A DNA stretch of 64,000 bases from Octopus vulgaris (GCA_951406725.2 OX597836.1:14384001-14448000), one strand, 5' to 3'. Counted from the stretch's first letter, positions 1 to 14,087 are shown. A program made the numbers and translations. Notes: generated from the sequence alone by a model not told the origin.

Positions 1-47
1 TTCTTGGCTGTGATCACTGGAGCTGTCTACCTCTGATCCGCGAAGAT
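1..47 (-). CDS. Probable downstream coding exon of the Dmrt gene (runs off the window edge)
   Basis: Minus strand shows branch-like CTAAT (88-84), a long T-rich tract and a TTTCAG acceptor (CAG at 50-48). Joined in phase 1 to the 49344 donor it reads open: ...LGL-D-LRGSEVDSSSDHSQE. Confidence 0.6.
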
Positions 48-274
48 CTGAAATTAAACAAAACAAAACAAATGAAGAAATAAATTAGAAAATAAAGAGA
101 AGAATGCAAAAATAGAATTCAAATAAAAAAACAAAACAAAGAACAACAATAAACTCATAGAAGCAAGTAAAGACGTTGTTCAGTGATTCTAGGATGCCGG
201 TTTGTGAAGATGGTAACGTTTGATACGAATGAGATTTGATAGCGGTTTCTAGTAGACTGACCTACCACAAAGAG

Positions 275-474
275 GTGATAAGTTATGGGGACGCGAACAC
301 ACCACCATACATACGACGGGTTTCTTTCAGTTTCCATCTACTAAATCCACTCACAAGGCTTTGGTCGGCCCGAGGCTATAGTAGAAAACACTTGCCCAAG
401 GTGCCACGCAGTGGGACTGAAGTCGGAACCATGTGGTTGGGAAGCAAACTAATTACCACACAGCCATTCCTGCG

Positions 475-478
<4 letters not shown>
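275..478 (-). mobile_element. tRNA-derived SINE family A, partial
   Basis: Reverse complement of the head GGCTGTGTGGTAAG...TTCAGTCCCACTGCGTGGCACCTTGGGCAAG seen in many copies in the window. Confidence 0.85.
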
Positions 479-524
<46 letters not shown>

Positions 525-657
525 GGGGAGGAGCTTCAGTCGAGGATTGAAACTGCCATTGCTTCTCCGGTTGTAGTGTAGCAGTTATTGTTTGCAGTGC
601 AACACTCTAGCTAACAAAAATGATTTAATCCAATATACACACGCGTTTCACACACAC

Positions 658-753
<96 letters not shown>

Positions 754-940
754 CCAAATGCACACAAACCACAAACACGATACCTTTCCCGATACGTGAT
801 GGAACATGTATTCCATTCATTTCTGAAATCCTTTCCGTGTTCACACATAAACATAACACCATCCCTCACACTTTCACACACACTTTCGTCCTTTTCCCTC
901 ATCACCCCTTCTGTACAATCCTCCCCCACTTATATATATA

Positions 941-1343
941 TACTAGCAGTATCGCCCGGCGTTGCTCGGGTTTGTAAAGGAAATAACTATATAAGCATTT
1001 TTAGAGAGTTATAGCAAAAAAAATAGCAAAAAATGCATTAAAAATGGAATAAAAAATGATGGTCATTTTTTTTTTTAATCGTTGACTCATCGTAGACATT
1101 TTTCGAGAGTTACTTCCCTTATATAATAGCGAAAAAATGCATTAAAATGGAAAAATGATGGTAATTTTTTTTTAAATCGTAGACTCATTGTAGACGCGCG
1201 CTAATACCCAGAAGGGCTCGATATGAATCACGACTATAAGATACCCGGTTTTGGTTAAACTGCACCGCAAAATGTGGGAGTAGTTAGGAATCTAAATCGT
1301 AGGAGACAGACACTCACACAACTTCACTTTTATATATATAGAT
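941..1343 (+). mobile_element. Non-autonomous Helentron/DINE-1-like element, copy 1
   Basis: Starts TACTAGC with a short hairpin CCCGGCGTTGCTCGGG, has an internal ~90-bp duplication and ends ACTTTTATATATATAGAT. Near-identical copy at 44680-45079. The class is inferred from terminal structure. Confidence 0.65.
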
Positions 1344-1370
1344 ATATATAGATATATGTGTGTGTGTGTG

Positions 1371-1620
1371 GAGGCGCGTGGGTTAGTGGTTAGGGTGTCA
1401 GCATCACGATCGTAAGAGTGTAGTTTCGATTCCTGGACCGGGCGACGCGTTGTGTTCTTGAGCAAAACATTTCATTCCACGTTGCTCCAGTCCACTCAGC
1501 TGGCAAAAATGAGTAACACTGCGATGGACTGGTGTCCCTTCCAGCTGGGGAACACATACACCATAGAAACCGGGAAACCGGGCCCATGAGCCTCGCTAGG
1601 CTTCAAAAGAGCGACGTTTA
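1371..1620 (+). mobile_element. tRNA-derived SINE family B (CORE-like body)
   Basis: A box TGGTTAGTGGTTAGG, B box GTTTCGATTCC, body TGTGTTCTTGAGCAAAACA..TTCCACGTTGCTCCAGTCCACTCAGCTG shared with the 7087 and 61240 copies. Confidence 0.85.
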
Positions 1621-1623
1621 TCG

Positions 1624-1662
<39 letters not shown>

Positions 1663-1667
<5 letters not shown>

Positions 1668-1887
1668 TGTACATTTAAACACATATGAGGTAGCCATCAT
1701 AGGATTCCTTTCAAGCTAGAAAGAACAACTAAAGTCCAAACCACTATTATGGATAAAAACTCGAAACTAATTTTTCTACATCCCTTCGGGTTTTTATCCC
1801 TAATAGTGGTTTGGACTTTAGCTGTTCCTTCTAGCGTCAAAAGAATCCTGTGACGGATACCTCTTATGTGTTTAAATATACACTGTA
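1663..1887. repeat. Imperfect ~100-bp-arm inverted repeat adjoining (TA)n
   Basis: 1663-1765 is the reverse complement (with mismatches) of 1785-1887. Confidence 0.9.
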
Positions 1888-2212
1888 TTTATTTTGAATA
1901 ATATATAGTTTATTGATTTATTTTTCTACACGCTAAGCCACAGGTAGTAAAAATTTCTAAAACGTAAGCGAGTAAAACTAATGAAAAGAAACACAATATA
2001 GTTTCATTTTTCTCACTCGCTTACGTTCTGGCGTTTGCTAAAATTTTCTTGAGAACATTCCTTTCTTAGTGGTAAGACCATAGCGGATCTACTTCTAGCA
2101 TAATGGACGTCTCTCTTATATGTATGTAATATATTTTTTCTGAATCTTCAGATTTTAATATGCTAGACCACTGATTTTGAATTGATATTAAATTAATATT
2201 CAATTTTTCACC

Positions 2213-2325
2213 CTGAAAGGCAAAGTCGACCTCGGCGGAATTTGAACTCAGAACGTAACGACAGACGAAATACCGCTAAGCATTTCGCCCGGCGCGCTAA
2301 GGTGTCTGCCAGCTCGCCGCCTTAA
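2213..2325 (-). mobile_element. SINE family C fragment
   Basis: Reverse complement of AAGGCGGCGAGCTGGCAGA...GAGTTCAAATTCCGCCGAGGTCGACTTTGCC, also at 48165 and 58590-59350. Confidence 0.8.
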
Positions 2326-2814
2326 CGTCCAACAGAATATTGCAATGATGACGAAGGGGAACATGTTTCTTCACAAGTTCCCCCCCACCAATTCTTTTAA
2401 TGTGGGTTTTTTTTCTTGAAATCCTCCTCCCCCATTCCTCCTACATCACGCCACCTCACCTGCACATAATTTCAGCAAACCTAACCCCACAATTTTCGCA
2501 CAGTTTTCGCGCAACCTGCAACCGGCTCGGAGAATCCCTCTTCTTTCTCGTGCAATCTGGGTTAGGATAACATTTAAGGGATTTGTATAAACAGCCCTAC
2601 GGAAGAGAGAGGAAAGTCCAACGATTTGCCATTAGGAATCATAACAACAAAAACAGCAGCCATAACAATAACAACTACCACAAGACAAGACCAAGATTCT
2701 ATTTTCTATATATATATACCATTCGTTTTATTATCCATTATATATATGTGTGTGTGTGTGTATATATTTATATATATGTAAGTATATATATATATGTATG
2801 TACATATATATATG

Positions 2815-2936
<122 letters not shown>

Positions 2937-2965
2937 AAAAAAGGAGATGTCGAACACGAGTGGTG

Positions 2966-3288
2966 ATATATAAACAAGGAAATGAAGAAAATGCTGACAA
3001 ATAATTGAAGTAATTTAAGTAATTTAATTAGGTGAAAGTTCTTTTTACCGGTTGCGCATTTGTTATGCTTATCAAAATATAAAAGAGAGATTAGAGTTCC
3101 TTTCTTATAGAATTTTTCCTCTTATCTGATAAGAGGAAAAATTCTATAAGAAAGGAACTCTAATTTCTCTTTTATATTTTGATAAGCATAACAAATGCGC
3201 AACCGGTAAAAAGAACTTTCACCTAATTAAATTACTTAAATTACTTCAATTATTTGTCAGCATTTTCTTCATTTCCTTTTTTATATAT
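2966..3288. repeat. Near-perfect palindrome (~160-bp arms, 1-nt centre at 3127) between (TA)n tracts
   Basis: Base-by-base symmetry about 3127 with about 2 mismatches. Degenerate hammerhead-like motif TTGATAA-GCAT-aacaa-ATGC-GCAACCGGTA at 3179-3208. Confidence 0.95.
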
Positions 3289-3312
3289 ATATATATATAT
3301 ATACATATATAC

Positions 3313-3382
<70 letters not shown>

Positions 3383-3574
3383 ATGAAGATATCTTCCTGA
3401 AATCTTTCACACCCTTGGATTTTTATCTCATCCTGTTAATTTTTTTTTATAAAGATATATAAATATATAGTGTGCACCTGTTTTCTGTTGGCCCCATAAT
3501 AACTAAAACAAATTAATGGACAGAAAATATGCCATATATATATGTGTGTGTGTGTATGTGTGTGTGTGTGTGTA

Positions 3575-3845
3575 GAAGACGTAAACACACTAACACCGGT
3601 TGTCAAGTGGTCTATGTGTGTTTGGTTGGGGACAAACACAGACACAAAACCACACGCACCTACACCCCTCCCCATACACTCATACACATACGACTGAATC
3701 CTTTCAGTTTCTGTTCGCCGAATCCACTCACAAGGCTTTTGTCGGCCCGATGCTACAGTGGGAGACACCTGCCCAAGGTGCCACGCAGTGGGACTGAACC
3801 CGGGGCCATGTGGTTGGGAAGCAAGACTCTTACCACGCAGCGACG
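3575..3845 (-). mobile_element. SINE family A, diverged
   Basis: Matches the family A head and body. Confidence 0.8.
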
Positions 3846-4046
3846 CACATTAATTTACACACACACACAAACACACACACACACACACACACACATACTG
3901 TCATGTACACACTCATGTACACACGCAACGTTCTATATCTCCTTTTCTTAGCATTTAATTCTACACATATAAACACACGCACACGCACACTCACATGCAT
4001 ATACACCCAGCTTGGATGTCAACTCTCTCTTCACATATACATACGT

Positions 4047-4094
<48 letters not shown>

Positions 4095-4249
4095 ACACAA
4101 ACACACACAAACATACACACACACACACACACACAGATGTAGACACACCCATCGCAAAATGTCACCGGTTGTATATATGTTTAGAGCGAAACCGTTTCAC
4201 ACCGAATTCTTTGAACGAGTGACAGCGCACCTTACACGTATATACACCT

Positions 4250-4835
4250 CACACTACAACCATCACCGCCACCACCGCCTCCCCCGCCGCGGCTACCATC
4301 ATCGCCACCGCCGCTGTTACCATCACTACCACTACCGCGGTTATCATCACCACCACCATCACCGCCGCCTCCTCCATCGTCTCCCCACCACCACCACCAC
4401 CACCACCACCACCGAACCAATATATTACCGGTGCCACCATCGCTACTCCCTCCGTTTCCACGACCACCACAATTACCGTTTCTATCACCACCACCACTAC
4501 AACTACCACCAAGACAAACGCTACTTTCACCAACACTACCATCAACACCACCACCGCCACCACTACCACCAGCATCACCACCGCCACCGCCACCACGACC
4601 AACACCATTAATACCATCACCACCAACACCACCACCACCACCACCACCACCACCTCCACCACCACCACCACCATCACCGCCACCACCACGACCAACTCCG
4701 TTAATACCATCGCCATCACCACCACCACAACCACCACCACCCCCCATAATCATCATCATTACCGCCACTACCGTGACAGCCACCAAAGATACCATAGCCA
4801 CAACTGCCAACCACCAACACTAACTCCACCCTGCC
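4250..4835. repeat. Degenerate (ACC)n/(CAT)n trinucleotide array
   Basis: Directly visible; includes a short internal duplication (..TTAATACCATC..). Confidence 0.9.
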
Positions 4836-5107
4836 ATGCCAACACCACCCCCAAACCGACACAGCCCGGGGTTACTAAAAGAATGCGGGGGTACATCATT
4901 TGACACAGTATCAGACATTCCTCAACATTTCCTTACACCCCACCCCCTCTCTCTCTCTCTCTCCCACCCGTCATACCCTCTTTGGCACCACCCACTTTTC
5001 TACGGAGTCACACCCTCTCCTGAAGACTTCACCGTTTCCTTATGCTCTGGTGTGTGTTTGCGTATGCGTGCGCGCACCCGCGGTGTGTGTGTGTGTGTGT
5101 GAGAGAT

Positions 5108-5150
<43 letters not shown>

Positions 5151-5346
5151 CAGCCTGAGAAATATAAACGGTATCGAACACACATACACAAGGTATGCGT
5201 ATTGCCAGTTCGTTGGCAGGTTGCGATTTATAGATTATGAGAGAAAATTTTCTCCTAATAAGCAACTCTTGGCGATGACTAAGTATTTTTATATCAGGTA
5301 TATTGACAGGAATATATATCAATAAATATACATACATATACGTCTG

Positions 5347-5556
<210 letters not shown>

Positions 5557-5751
5557 TATATACACACATACATGCATGCATATATATACGTAGAATTACC
5601 CACCTACACATACACACACACACACACACACAAATATATATATAATAATAGTAGTAGTAGTAGGGAATATAATTCCAAACTTACAGGGAAAAATTCAATT
5701 TAGCAATTCTAAATCAAATTTCACAATATATAATATATATATATATATATA

Positions 5752-5876
5752 TATTCACACCATATAGAAAAAATTAAATATACTATAAAAAAAACTATTT
5801 ATTGTTTATGTACTTTATTGACTTTTAAAATAATGTTTTTTATAGTATATTTAATTTTTTCTATATGGTGTGAATA
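5752..5876. repeat. Inverted repeat (~40-bp arms) adjoining (TA)n
   Basis: TATTCACACCATATAGAAAAAATTAAATATACTATAAAAA and its reverse complement at 5836-5876. Confidence 0.9.
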
Positions 5877-6117
5877 ACGTCTTTCGCTGCCTTATTACGG
5901 GAGTTCCAGAGTTTCGAGGAATATGGGATCACATCTCAGCCATTATTGGCAAAAGAAAATTTTATGGGAAGAGTCAGATTAATATTCTAAAAAAAAAAGA
6001 ATTAATCCAATGCTAGAGACTAGATAATGGGATTTAATAAGCTGGTCATCACAGTTATAAATTATATCAATATTATAAACTGGTTAGTTAAAAGCCAGCC
6101 TTAAATAGAAAAAAAAA

Positions 6118-6540
6118 TAGTGGCTGTGTGGTAAATAGCTTGCTTACCAACCATATGGTTCCGGGTTCAGTCCCACTGCGTGACACCTTGGGCAAGTGTC
6201 TTCTGCTATAGCCTCGGGCCGACCAATGCCTTGTGAGTGGATTTGGTAGACGGAAACTGAAAGAAGCCTGTCGTATATATATGTATATATATATATATAT
6301 AAGTGTGTGTGTATATGTTTGTGTGTCTGTGTTTGTCCCCCTAGCATTGCTTGACAACCGATGCTGGTGTGTTTACGTCCCCGTCACTTAGCGGTTCGGC
6401 AAAAGAGACCGATAGAATAAGTGCTGGGCTTACAAAAGAATAAGTCCCGGGGTCGAGTGTTGCTCGACTAAAGGCGGTGCTCCAGCATGGCCGCAGTCAA
6501 AATGACTGAAACAAGTAAAAGAGTAAAAGAGTAAAGAGTA
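6118..6540 (+). mobile_element. SINE family A, near full length
   Basis: tRNA-like head (TGGCTGTGTGG, GGTTCAGTCCC), internal TA/TG tract, 3' GGCGGTGCTCCAGCATGGCCGCAGTC..TGACTGAAAC and (AGTAAAAG)n tail. Confidence 0.92.
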
Positions 6541-7086
6541 AGCTTCTGACAGCATTCAAAATCATGACTCTAAGACATACCATATTCGACAGCATATAAG
6601 ATGCATTTCTTTTCCCAAATGATGTCACAGAAAGTCACTCCGGGTCCTATAAACGAAGTTGAGTCTCTCATAAGCTTTAATGCACCAAGATATTTTACCC
6701 CCTGAAAACGCGGTTCTGGATTTGTGGTGAGTCTTTTATGTTGGTGCGTCATTTATGCCATCAGATACGGTGAATAAAATAAAATATACCTATTCTGCAC
6801 GCAATGAGGGTGGGGCCGATACACACACGTATATAAAAATAAACTACTACAAAATAACAACAGTAGGACTAGGAAAATACTGAGAAGTAGGTAAAAGGAA
6901 GCTGTTAAACCATAACAAGGAAAAAAATAAGACATAGCAAAATGTCTTTCGTTTCTATATGAGGAAATGATGGACTACAAACAGGAAACTAACAACACCG
7001 AAATAAAATATTTAGACAAGGACGAAACAAATGTAAAGGTTATAAAAACAAGTCAAAAATTAAAATGGAATTCCTGTATGTACTGT

Positions 7087-7418
7087 GGCTCATTGGTTAG
7101 AGCGTCGAGTTTACGATCGTGAGGTTGTGAGCTCGAATCCCGGACCGGGCTGCGTGTTGTGTTCTTGAGCAAGACACTTTATTTCACGTTGCTCCAGTTC
7201 ACTCAGCTGTAGAAATGAGTTGCGACGTCACAGGTGCCAAGCTGTATCGGCCCCTTTGCCTTTCGCTTGGACAACATCGGTGACGTGGAGAGGGGAGGCT
7301 GGTATGCATGGGCGACTGCTGGTCTTCCATAAAACAACCTTGCCCAGACTTGTGCCTCAGAGGGTAACTCTCTAGGTGCAAACCCATGGTCAGTGTCTGA
7401 CCGAAGGGGGTCACCACT
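7087..7418 (+). mobile_element. SINE family B
   Basis: tRNA-like head plus CORE-like body; tail shared with the 12615-13230 copy. Confidence 0.85.
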
Positions 7419-8005
7419 GTAAACTAATATGGAGAGAAATCCCACAACATGGCCACTATGTCATTATAATAATGGTTTCCCATTTAAAGACAAGGCCAGT
7501 AATTTTAGTGTGTGTGTGGGTGGGGGTCGGTCAGTGTGTGGCTTCGACATCAGGGGTCGCCTGGTAGCCGTATTTCGTCTGCGATTTAAATTCACAACGT
7601 AAAAATATACTTTTAAAAATTGTATCCTACATCAGAACAAATGACAAATTTAACGAGGGATATATTCGGTTATATTGATCCTCGTAAGACGAACCGCTAA
7701 GTCGAACCTAACACAATTTAAGCCCAGAACATGAGAAAACTGCAATTTTATAAAATGCAAAAAACTTTTTCTCCGCCATTCAACCGGATCTGTTTAGCAT
7801 AGTATTATGGGATTGAAGTGAAATAATCGACACACGCACCTATTTTGAAGCCTGGTGCTTATTCTATTGGTCTCTTTTGCCGAACCGCAAAGTTAGGACA
7901 TAAACAAACCAACATCGGTTTTCACACCCACACACAGATATATGTATGCTTATATACCTGTGTATATATATATGTAGACATACACATATGTATATGCATG
8001 TATAC

Positions 8006-8040
<35 letters not shown>

Positions 8041-8045
8041 TAGAT

Positions 8046-8498
8046 AGATAAGAAAGTTTGTTTGGTAAAGCACGTGGGTGAATATATAAGAAAATAGTAA
8101 AGAGTGAAAAAACGACAGAAGGCTTAAATGTTAAAAAATATATATATTTGTGTCAAAATGTCTGGAGAATATTGGAAAAAATTTTTTTCCTTCCTTAAAA
8201 TGACATAATTTCATAATTTTTAAAGAAATACCGGTTTCGCGTGTAGCTTTTCAAATTTCTTGTGACTTAATTTCTTAATTAAGTCACAAGAAATTTGAAG
8301 AGCTAACTGCGAAACCGGTATTTCTTTAAAAATTATAAAATTATGTCATTTTAAGGAGGAAAAAAATTTTTCCAATATTCTCCAGACATTTTGACGCAAA
8401 TATATATATTTTTTAACATTTAAGCCTTCTGTCGTTTTTTCACTCTTTACTATTTTCTTATATATTCACCCACGTGCTTTACCAAACAAACTTTCTTA

Positions 8499-8501
<3 letters not shown>
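8046..8501. repeat. Long palindrome (~225-bp arms, centre ~8273) between microsatellites
   Basis: Arms are near-exact reverse complements and contain the hammerhead-like motif at 8288-8326. Confidence 0.95.
8288..8326 (+). ncRNA. Variant minimal hammerhead-like motif
   Basis: AAGAAA-TTTGAAGA-GC-taact-GC-GAAA-CCGG-TA-TTTCTT: 6-bp stem I, palindromic loopless stem III, core one nt longer than canonical. Confidence 0.5.
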
Positions 8502-8540
<39 letters not shown>

Positions 8541-8542
<2 letters not shown>

Positions 8543-8714
8543 GGAGTGGCTGTGTGGTAAGTAGCTTGCTTATGAACCACATGGTTCTGGGTTCAGTCCC
8601 ACTGCGTGACACCTTGGGCAAGTGTCTTCTACGATAGCCTCGGGCCCGCCAAAGCCTTGTGAGTAGATTTGGTAGACGGAAACTGAAAGAAGCCAGTCGT
8701 ATATATATATATCG

Positions 8715-8786
<72 letters not shown>

Positions 8787-8985
8787 GTAGATATTTGTAT
8801 GTCTGTGTTTGTCACCCCAACATCGCTTGACAACCGATGCTGGTGTGTTTATGTCCCCGTAACTTAGAGGTTCGGCAAAAGAGACCGATAGAATAAGTAC
8901 TGGGCTTACAAAGAATAAGTCCTGGAGTGATTTTCTCCCGGATGGCCACAGTGAAATGACCGAAACAAACAAAAGAGTAAAGAGT
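8541..8985 (+). mobile_element. SINE family A
   Basis: Head, internal (TG)n and tail as in the 6118 copy. Confidence 0.9.
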
Positions 8986-9213
8986 ATGTAGATACACATG
9001 TGTGTGCGTGCGTGTGTGTCCCCCCCCCCCCCCGATATTTTCAACAGAGACGTTACCAGCATACCTGATTCTTCAAGTGCTTCACTTCTGCGTATCTACA
9101 TATACTCGTGTTTACTCGATTGCTGACAAAATCAATGCAAAATTCTTTACGTACCCAAGATACACAGAGTTGAGAAAACGTAAAAGATATATAAATGATA
9201 ATGATGACGATGG

Positions 9214-9259
<46 letters not shown>

Positions 9260-9378
9260 TATATAAATAAATAATTGTTTTTGTAGTTACACAAGGTCAA
9301 ACCTTATCTAATATCTACATATAATATACATACACATATATACATGAATGTGTGTGTATATCTATATGTGTGTGCATG

Positions 9379-9426
<48 letters not shown>

Positions 9427-9869
9427 CATATATATATGTATATTTATATATACATATACACACATATATATATATATGTATATGCATATATGTATATATA
9501 TATATAAATGTATGTATATATACACAGACATACATTATGTCTGTATGAATGTATGCATGTATGCATATGTTTGTACGTATATGCATGTGCGTATGTATAT
9601 ATAAGTACTTATATTTATATTTGCATGTGCATATCTATGTAGCTACATTCGCTAGGTAAATATATAAATACTTGACAATTAAGATATACGTACTTATACA
9701 CATATAACGTTCGTCAACAACAATTGTTAACGAAGGCAAACTATACCAAATAATGAATTGGAACTCACTTGTATAAACTAAGGTGAAAGTTAATGCGCAA
9801 TAACCAGACATTGTCATTATAGATTTAAAAAGAAAACAAGGAAATACTATATTCTATTGATAAGTATCT

Positions 9870-10270
9870 TTTATCTTTTACCTGTTTTAGTGATTAGACT
9901 GCGGCCATGCTGGAGTACCGCATTGAAGAAATTTTAGTCTAATGAATCAACTCCAATACTTATTTTTCTCAGCCTGTTATTTATTCTATTGGTCTTTTTG
10001 CCGAACCGCTTAGTTAAGTGGACGTAAACACACCGACACCGGTTAGGCAGTGATAGGGGAGAAACACAGACACAAATACACACAGACATAGATGTATAGA
10101 TCTATATGACGGGTTTCTTTCAGTTTCTGTCCATTGTATTCACTGCCAAGGTTTTGGTCGGCTCGAGGCTGTAGTAGAAGACACCTGCCTAAGGTTTCAC
10201 GCTGCGGGACTGAACTCAGAACGGTGTGGTTGGGAAGGAAGCCCCTTACCACACAGTCACGCCTTCACCT
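9870..10270 (-). mobile_element. SINE family A, diverged
   Basis: Reverse-complement match to family A. Confidence 0.85.
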
Positions 10271-10306
10271 GAATACGTATGTGTGTGTGTGTGTGTGTCT
10301 GGGTAC

Positions 10307-10348
<42 letters not shown>

Positions 10349-10476
10349 ATATATATTTATATATACGGCACCCTAGGCATAACACCAACATGAACTTCTA
10401 ACTTGTTGTTTCTTGAGGTGTCTGGGTGAGACTTGGAGCCAGCTTGTACAAATGTAAAGCAAAAGTCAAACATAAA

Positions 10477-10549
<73 letters not shown>

Positions 10550-10551
<2 letters not shown>

Positions 10552-11280
10552 GCCCTGATGCAGTGCCAGGCAGTGGCTCTCGTGGCTTCTGATCTTAACT
10601 GATTGCAAATGTTATCATGTAAATTGTTTTGTCTTGGTATAAAAGATGGGCTACAGCAAATATTCTGCTCAATACCACAGATTTGCTTGTCAGTTGTTTG
10701 ACCATAACCAGTTGACCATGTCCCTTAGTGGCTGACGATATGTGCATCTCTGATCACGAGCAGAAGTAGTGGGGGAGCATCATGGCCATGTGTTGCGAGG
10801 GATTCTTTGGGGTTTAGATAATTCACCCTTGGAAACATGGGTGTTTTGTTCATCATCCTTAAACAAGCCTTATTCAGGGACCTTTTGAGGGGGATGGGTT
10901 ACACGACCTGAAGAAAATTCTGAGCCCCACCTGCAAGGTCATGCGCTGTTTATTTTAATGGCTTACCAATGTATGCAATGCATTTCTTTGCCTTAGGTAT
11001 CACGAAGACACTCGGCAAGAAATGGAAACATAATTCAAAGAAGATGCTAATGAAAATAATAATAATAATAATAATAATGATAACGAAAATTCTAACTGGG
11101 ACCCACCTGAATGGTCATGCGCCCTTTATTTTGTTATGAGATCACTATGTCACACACATATGGTTGTGATGCATGTGCCTGGTGTACCCTTATCAGACGG
11201 GTAGTCACGATGGGTATATTGGGCTTCGTATATTTTACCTCAGTGTCACTTTGATGGCACGAACTGCTCTCTCACTCAAT
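10550..11280 (-). mobile_element. Non-LTR retrotransposon 3' fragment embedded in (TAA)n, R4/Dong-like
   Basis: Complex sequence bounded on both sides by long (TAA)n, with an internal rearranged duplication (..CCCACCTG..GGTCATGCGC..). (TAA)n targeting is the known habit of Dong elements. No ORF support here. Confidence 0.5.
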
Positions 11281-11281
11281 G

Positions 11282-11409
<128 letters not shown>

Positions 11410-11847
11410 TGTTACTAGTTTAGGTACACGACCAGTCGACCCCAGTACTTGACTGGCACTTTATTTTTTGTCGGCCCCAGAGGGACGAATGCCAAAGTTA
11501 ACCACCTTGGCTGATTTGGAGTCGGAAAGTAAAGGGCCTGAAGGAATGAAAGATTAATTGTACGCATTGCCTTCCATAGATTTTTTTTAAAGACACGCTC
11601 CTTCTATAGAAATTTTCTTGTATGTTTATTATGTATAGAAGACAGTTGGGGTGTGGTGTTCTTTATAAATTATCTCTGTTTGGTTGATATCCCATCATGA
11701 CCACCTCCCCCGCCATGACCATCATCACCTCCATCACGCCCGTCGCTGCTACCACCGTCACCATTACTTAGCTGTGATAGAGATGACGATGGTGATGATG
11801 AAGACGACGACAACGATAAAGACGGCGATGTTGATGATGATGATGAA

Positions 11848-11908
<61 letters not shown>

Positions 11909-12519
11909 CGGGTGGTGTTATCTAGTGCAACGACAATCTGGCTTATTTAAACAAGCGCTGACTAGCCGCTACACACACGCACGTACGTACGCAAACACAC
12001 ACAAACACACACACATACACGCACGCACAAACACACACGCACACAAACACACATAAACACACACGCACACAAACACACACACACACACACATAAATACAT
12101 ACACACGCACACACACACAAATACACACACACACAAACACACACATACAAACATACACATACATGCACAAACACACACAAACACATACACACGCACACAC
12201 ACATACACACACACAAACATTTACACACGCACATACACACACCAACACATACAGACACACACATACAGACACACAAACACACTCACAAACACATACACTC
12301 ACATATACACATACACACATACACACATACACACGTACGCACACGTACACACGCACATACATACGCGCACACAAAAACATGCACAGACACACACAATCGC
12401 ACGTATCCATCGTTCATCCACCTGATGACAATTGTCTAAGCTGAGATGAAACTTAAAATCATTGACTTATCTTATAGGACTATGCAGCCATAACAACATA
12501 TTACTGAACATATCCTGTG

Positions 12520-12566
<47 letters not shown>

Positions 12567-12614
12567 GCGCGCATATGAGTATATATACATGCATATATAC
12601 ACTTTTTTTTGAGA

Positions 12615-13230
12615 CCCCCTTCGGTCGTGGCTGACCATGGGATTGCACCTAGAAAGTTACCCTCCCAGGTACAAGTCCAGGCAAGGTTGTTTATAGAAGA
12701 CCAGCAGTCACCCATGCATACCGGCACAATGCTATAGTGGTGAGAGCTGCGGACTGGCGGTCGAGGGATCGCAGGTTCGAATCTCAGACCGGGCGATGTG
12801 TGTGTTTATGAGCGAAATACCTAAGCCCCACCCGGCGACGGCAGAAGGTAATAGCGAAATTTTGCTGACTCTTTCGCCACAACTTTTTCTCACTCTTTTC
12901 TCCTGCATCTTGCTGCTCACCTGCAACGGACCGGCATCCCGTCCAGGTGGGGAACCTATACGCCAAGGAAACCGGGAAACCGGCCCTTATGAGCCAGGAA
13001 TGGCCCGAGAAGGAAGGAACCGGCCTCCCCTCTTCACGCCCCCAATGTTGCCCAAGGGAAATGCAAAGGCCGATACACTTTGGCACCAGTGATGCCACAA
13101 CTCATTTCTACAGCTGAGTGAAATGGAGCAACGTGAAATAAAGTGTCTTGATCAAGAACACAACACGCAGACCGGTCCGAGATTTGAACTCACAACCTCG
13201 ACGCTCTAACCACTGAGCCATGCGCCTTCA
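12615..13230 (-). mobile_element. SINE family B copy interrupted by a second SINE
   Basis: Reverse complement of the 7087-7418 copy, split at 12725/13019. Confidence 0.85.
12726..13018 (+). mobile_element. tRNA-derived SINE nested in another SINE, with 6-bp TSD ACCGGC
   Basis: B box GGTTCGAATCTC; tail GAAACCGGGAAACCGG shared with the 1371 copy; ACCGGC at 12720-12725 and 13019-13024. Confidence 0.8.
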
Positions 13231-13441
13231 CTTACATATACATACATCTACATACGTATATGGTTGAAGTCAACTAGTGACCGTGTAAGACTACTTCCTA
13301 AACTCAGCAAGTCTGTGCAAACGTTCTGAGAGTCTAAGAAGTTCCTGTGCGTGGATTTGGTTTTGCGGCAACATCAATGGGACGACAGAGGTAACCAGAA
13401 ACCAACTACACATCAGGGTTTTGTTTAACTTCTTTTTTAAT

Positions 13442-13605
13442 AGGTGCAGCCGTGGCTGTGTGGTAAGAAGCTTGCTTCCCAACCACATAAATTCGGTTTC
13501 AGTCCCATTGTGAAGCACCTTAGGCAAGTATCTTCTTCTATAGCTTCGTGCCCACCAAAGCCTTGTGAGTGGATTTGGTCGACGGAAACTGAAAGAAGCC
13601 TGTCG

Positions 13606-13642
<37 letters not shown>

Positions 13643-13815
13643 GGAAAGTTTACGAAAATAAGCAAAAGACGAAGGCAGGTGGAGTACAAACAAACAAATG
13701 TATTAGTATAGCGCTCAGGAATAGAAAAAGTCTTTTACGTTTCGAGCCTACGCTCTTCTACAGAAAGATACACAGAAAAAAACAAGGAGAGAACAGGAAA
13801 GTGTGGAAAGTATGA

Positions 13816-13853
<38 letters not shown>

Positions 13854-14040
13854 TCGTTAACCACTACACACATTTTTTTCTCTTCTTGTTTCTCTCCTTG
13901 TTTTTTCTGTGTACCTTTCTGTAGAAGAGCGTAGGCTCGAAACGGAAAAGACTTTTTCAATTTCCTGAGCGCTATACTAATACATTTGTTTTGTACACCA
14001 CCTGTCTTCGTCTTTTGTTTATTTCCGTAAACTTTCCCTT

Positions 14041-14087
<47 letters not shown>

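Noticed and set aside
1371-1445. tRNA-like A/B boxes here and at other SINE heads
   Set aside because: They continue into SINE bodies and lack a complete cloverleaf; not tRNA genes.
12418-12462. CTGATGA...GAAAC as a hammerhead (also CTGATGA at 42920 and CAGATGA near 29410)
   Set aside because: Stems I and III cannot be formed; treated as chance matches.
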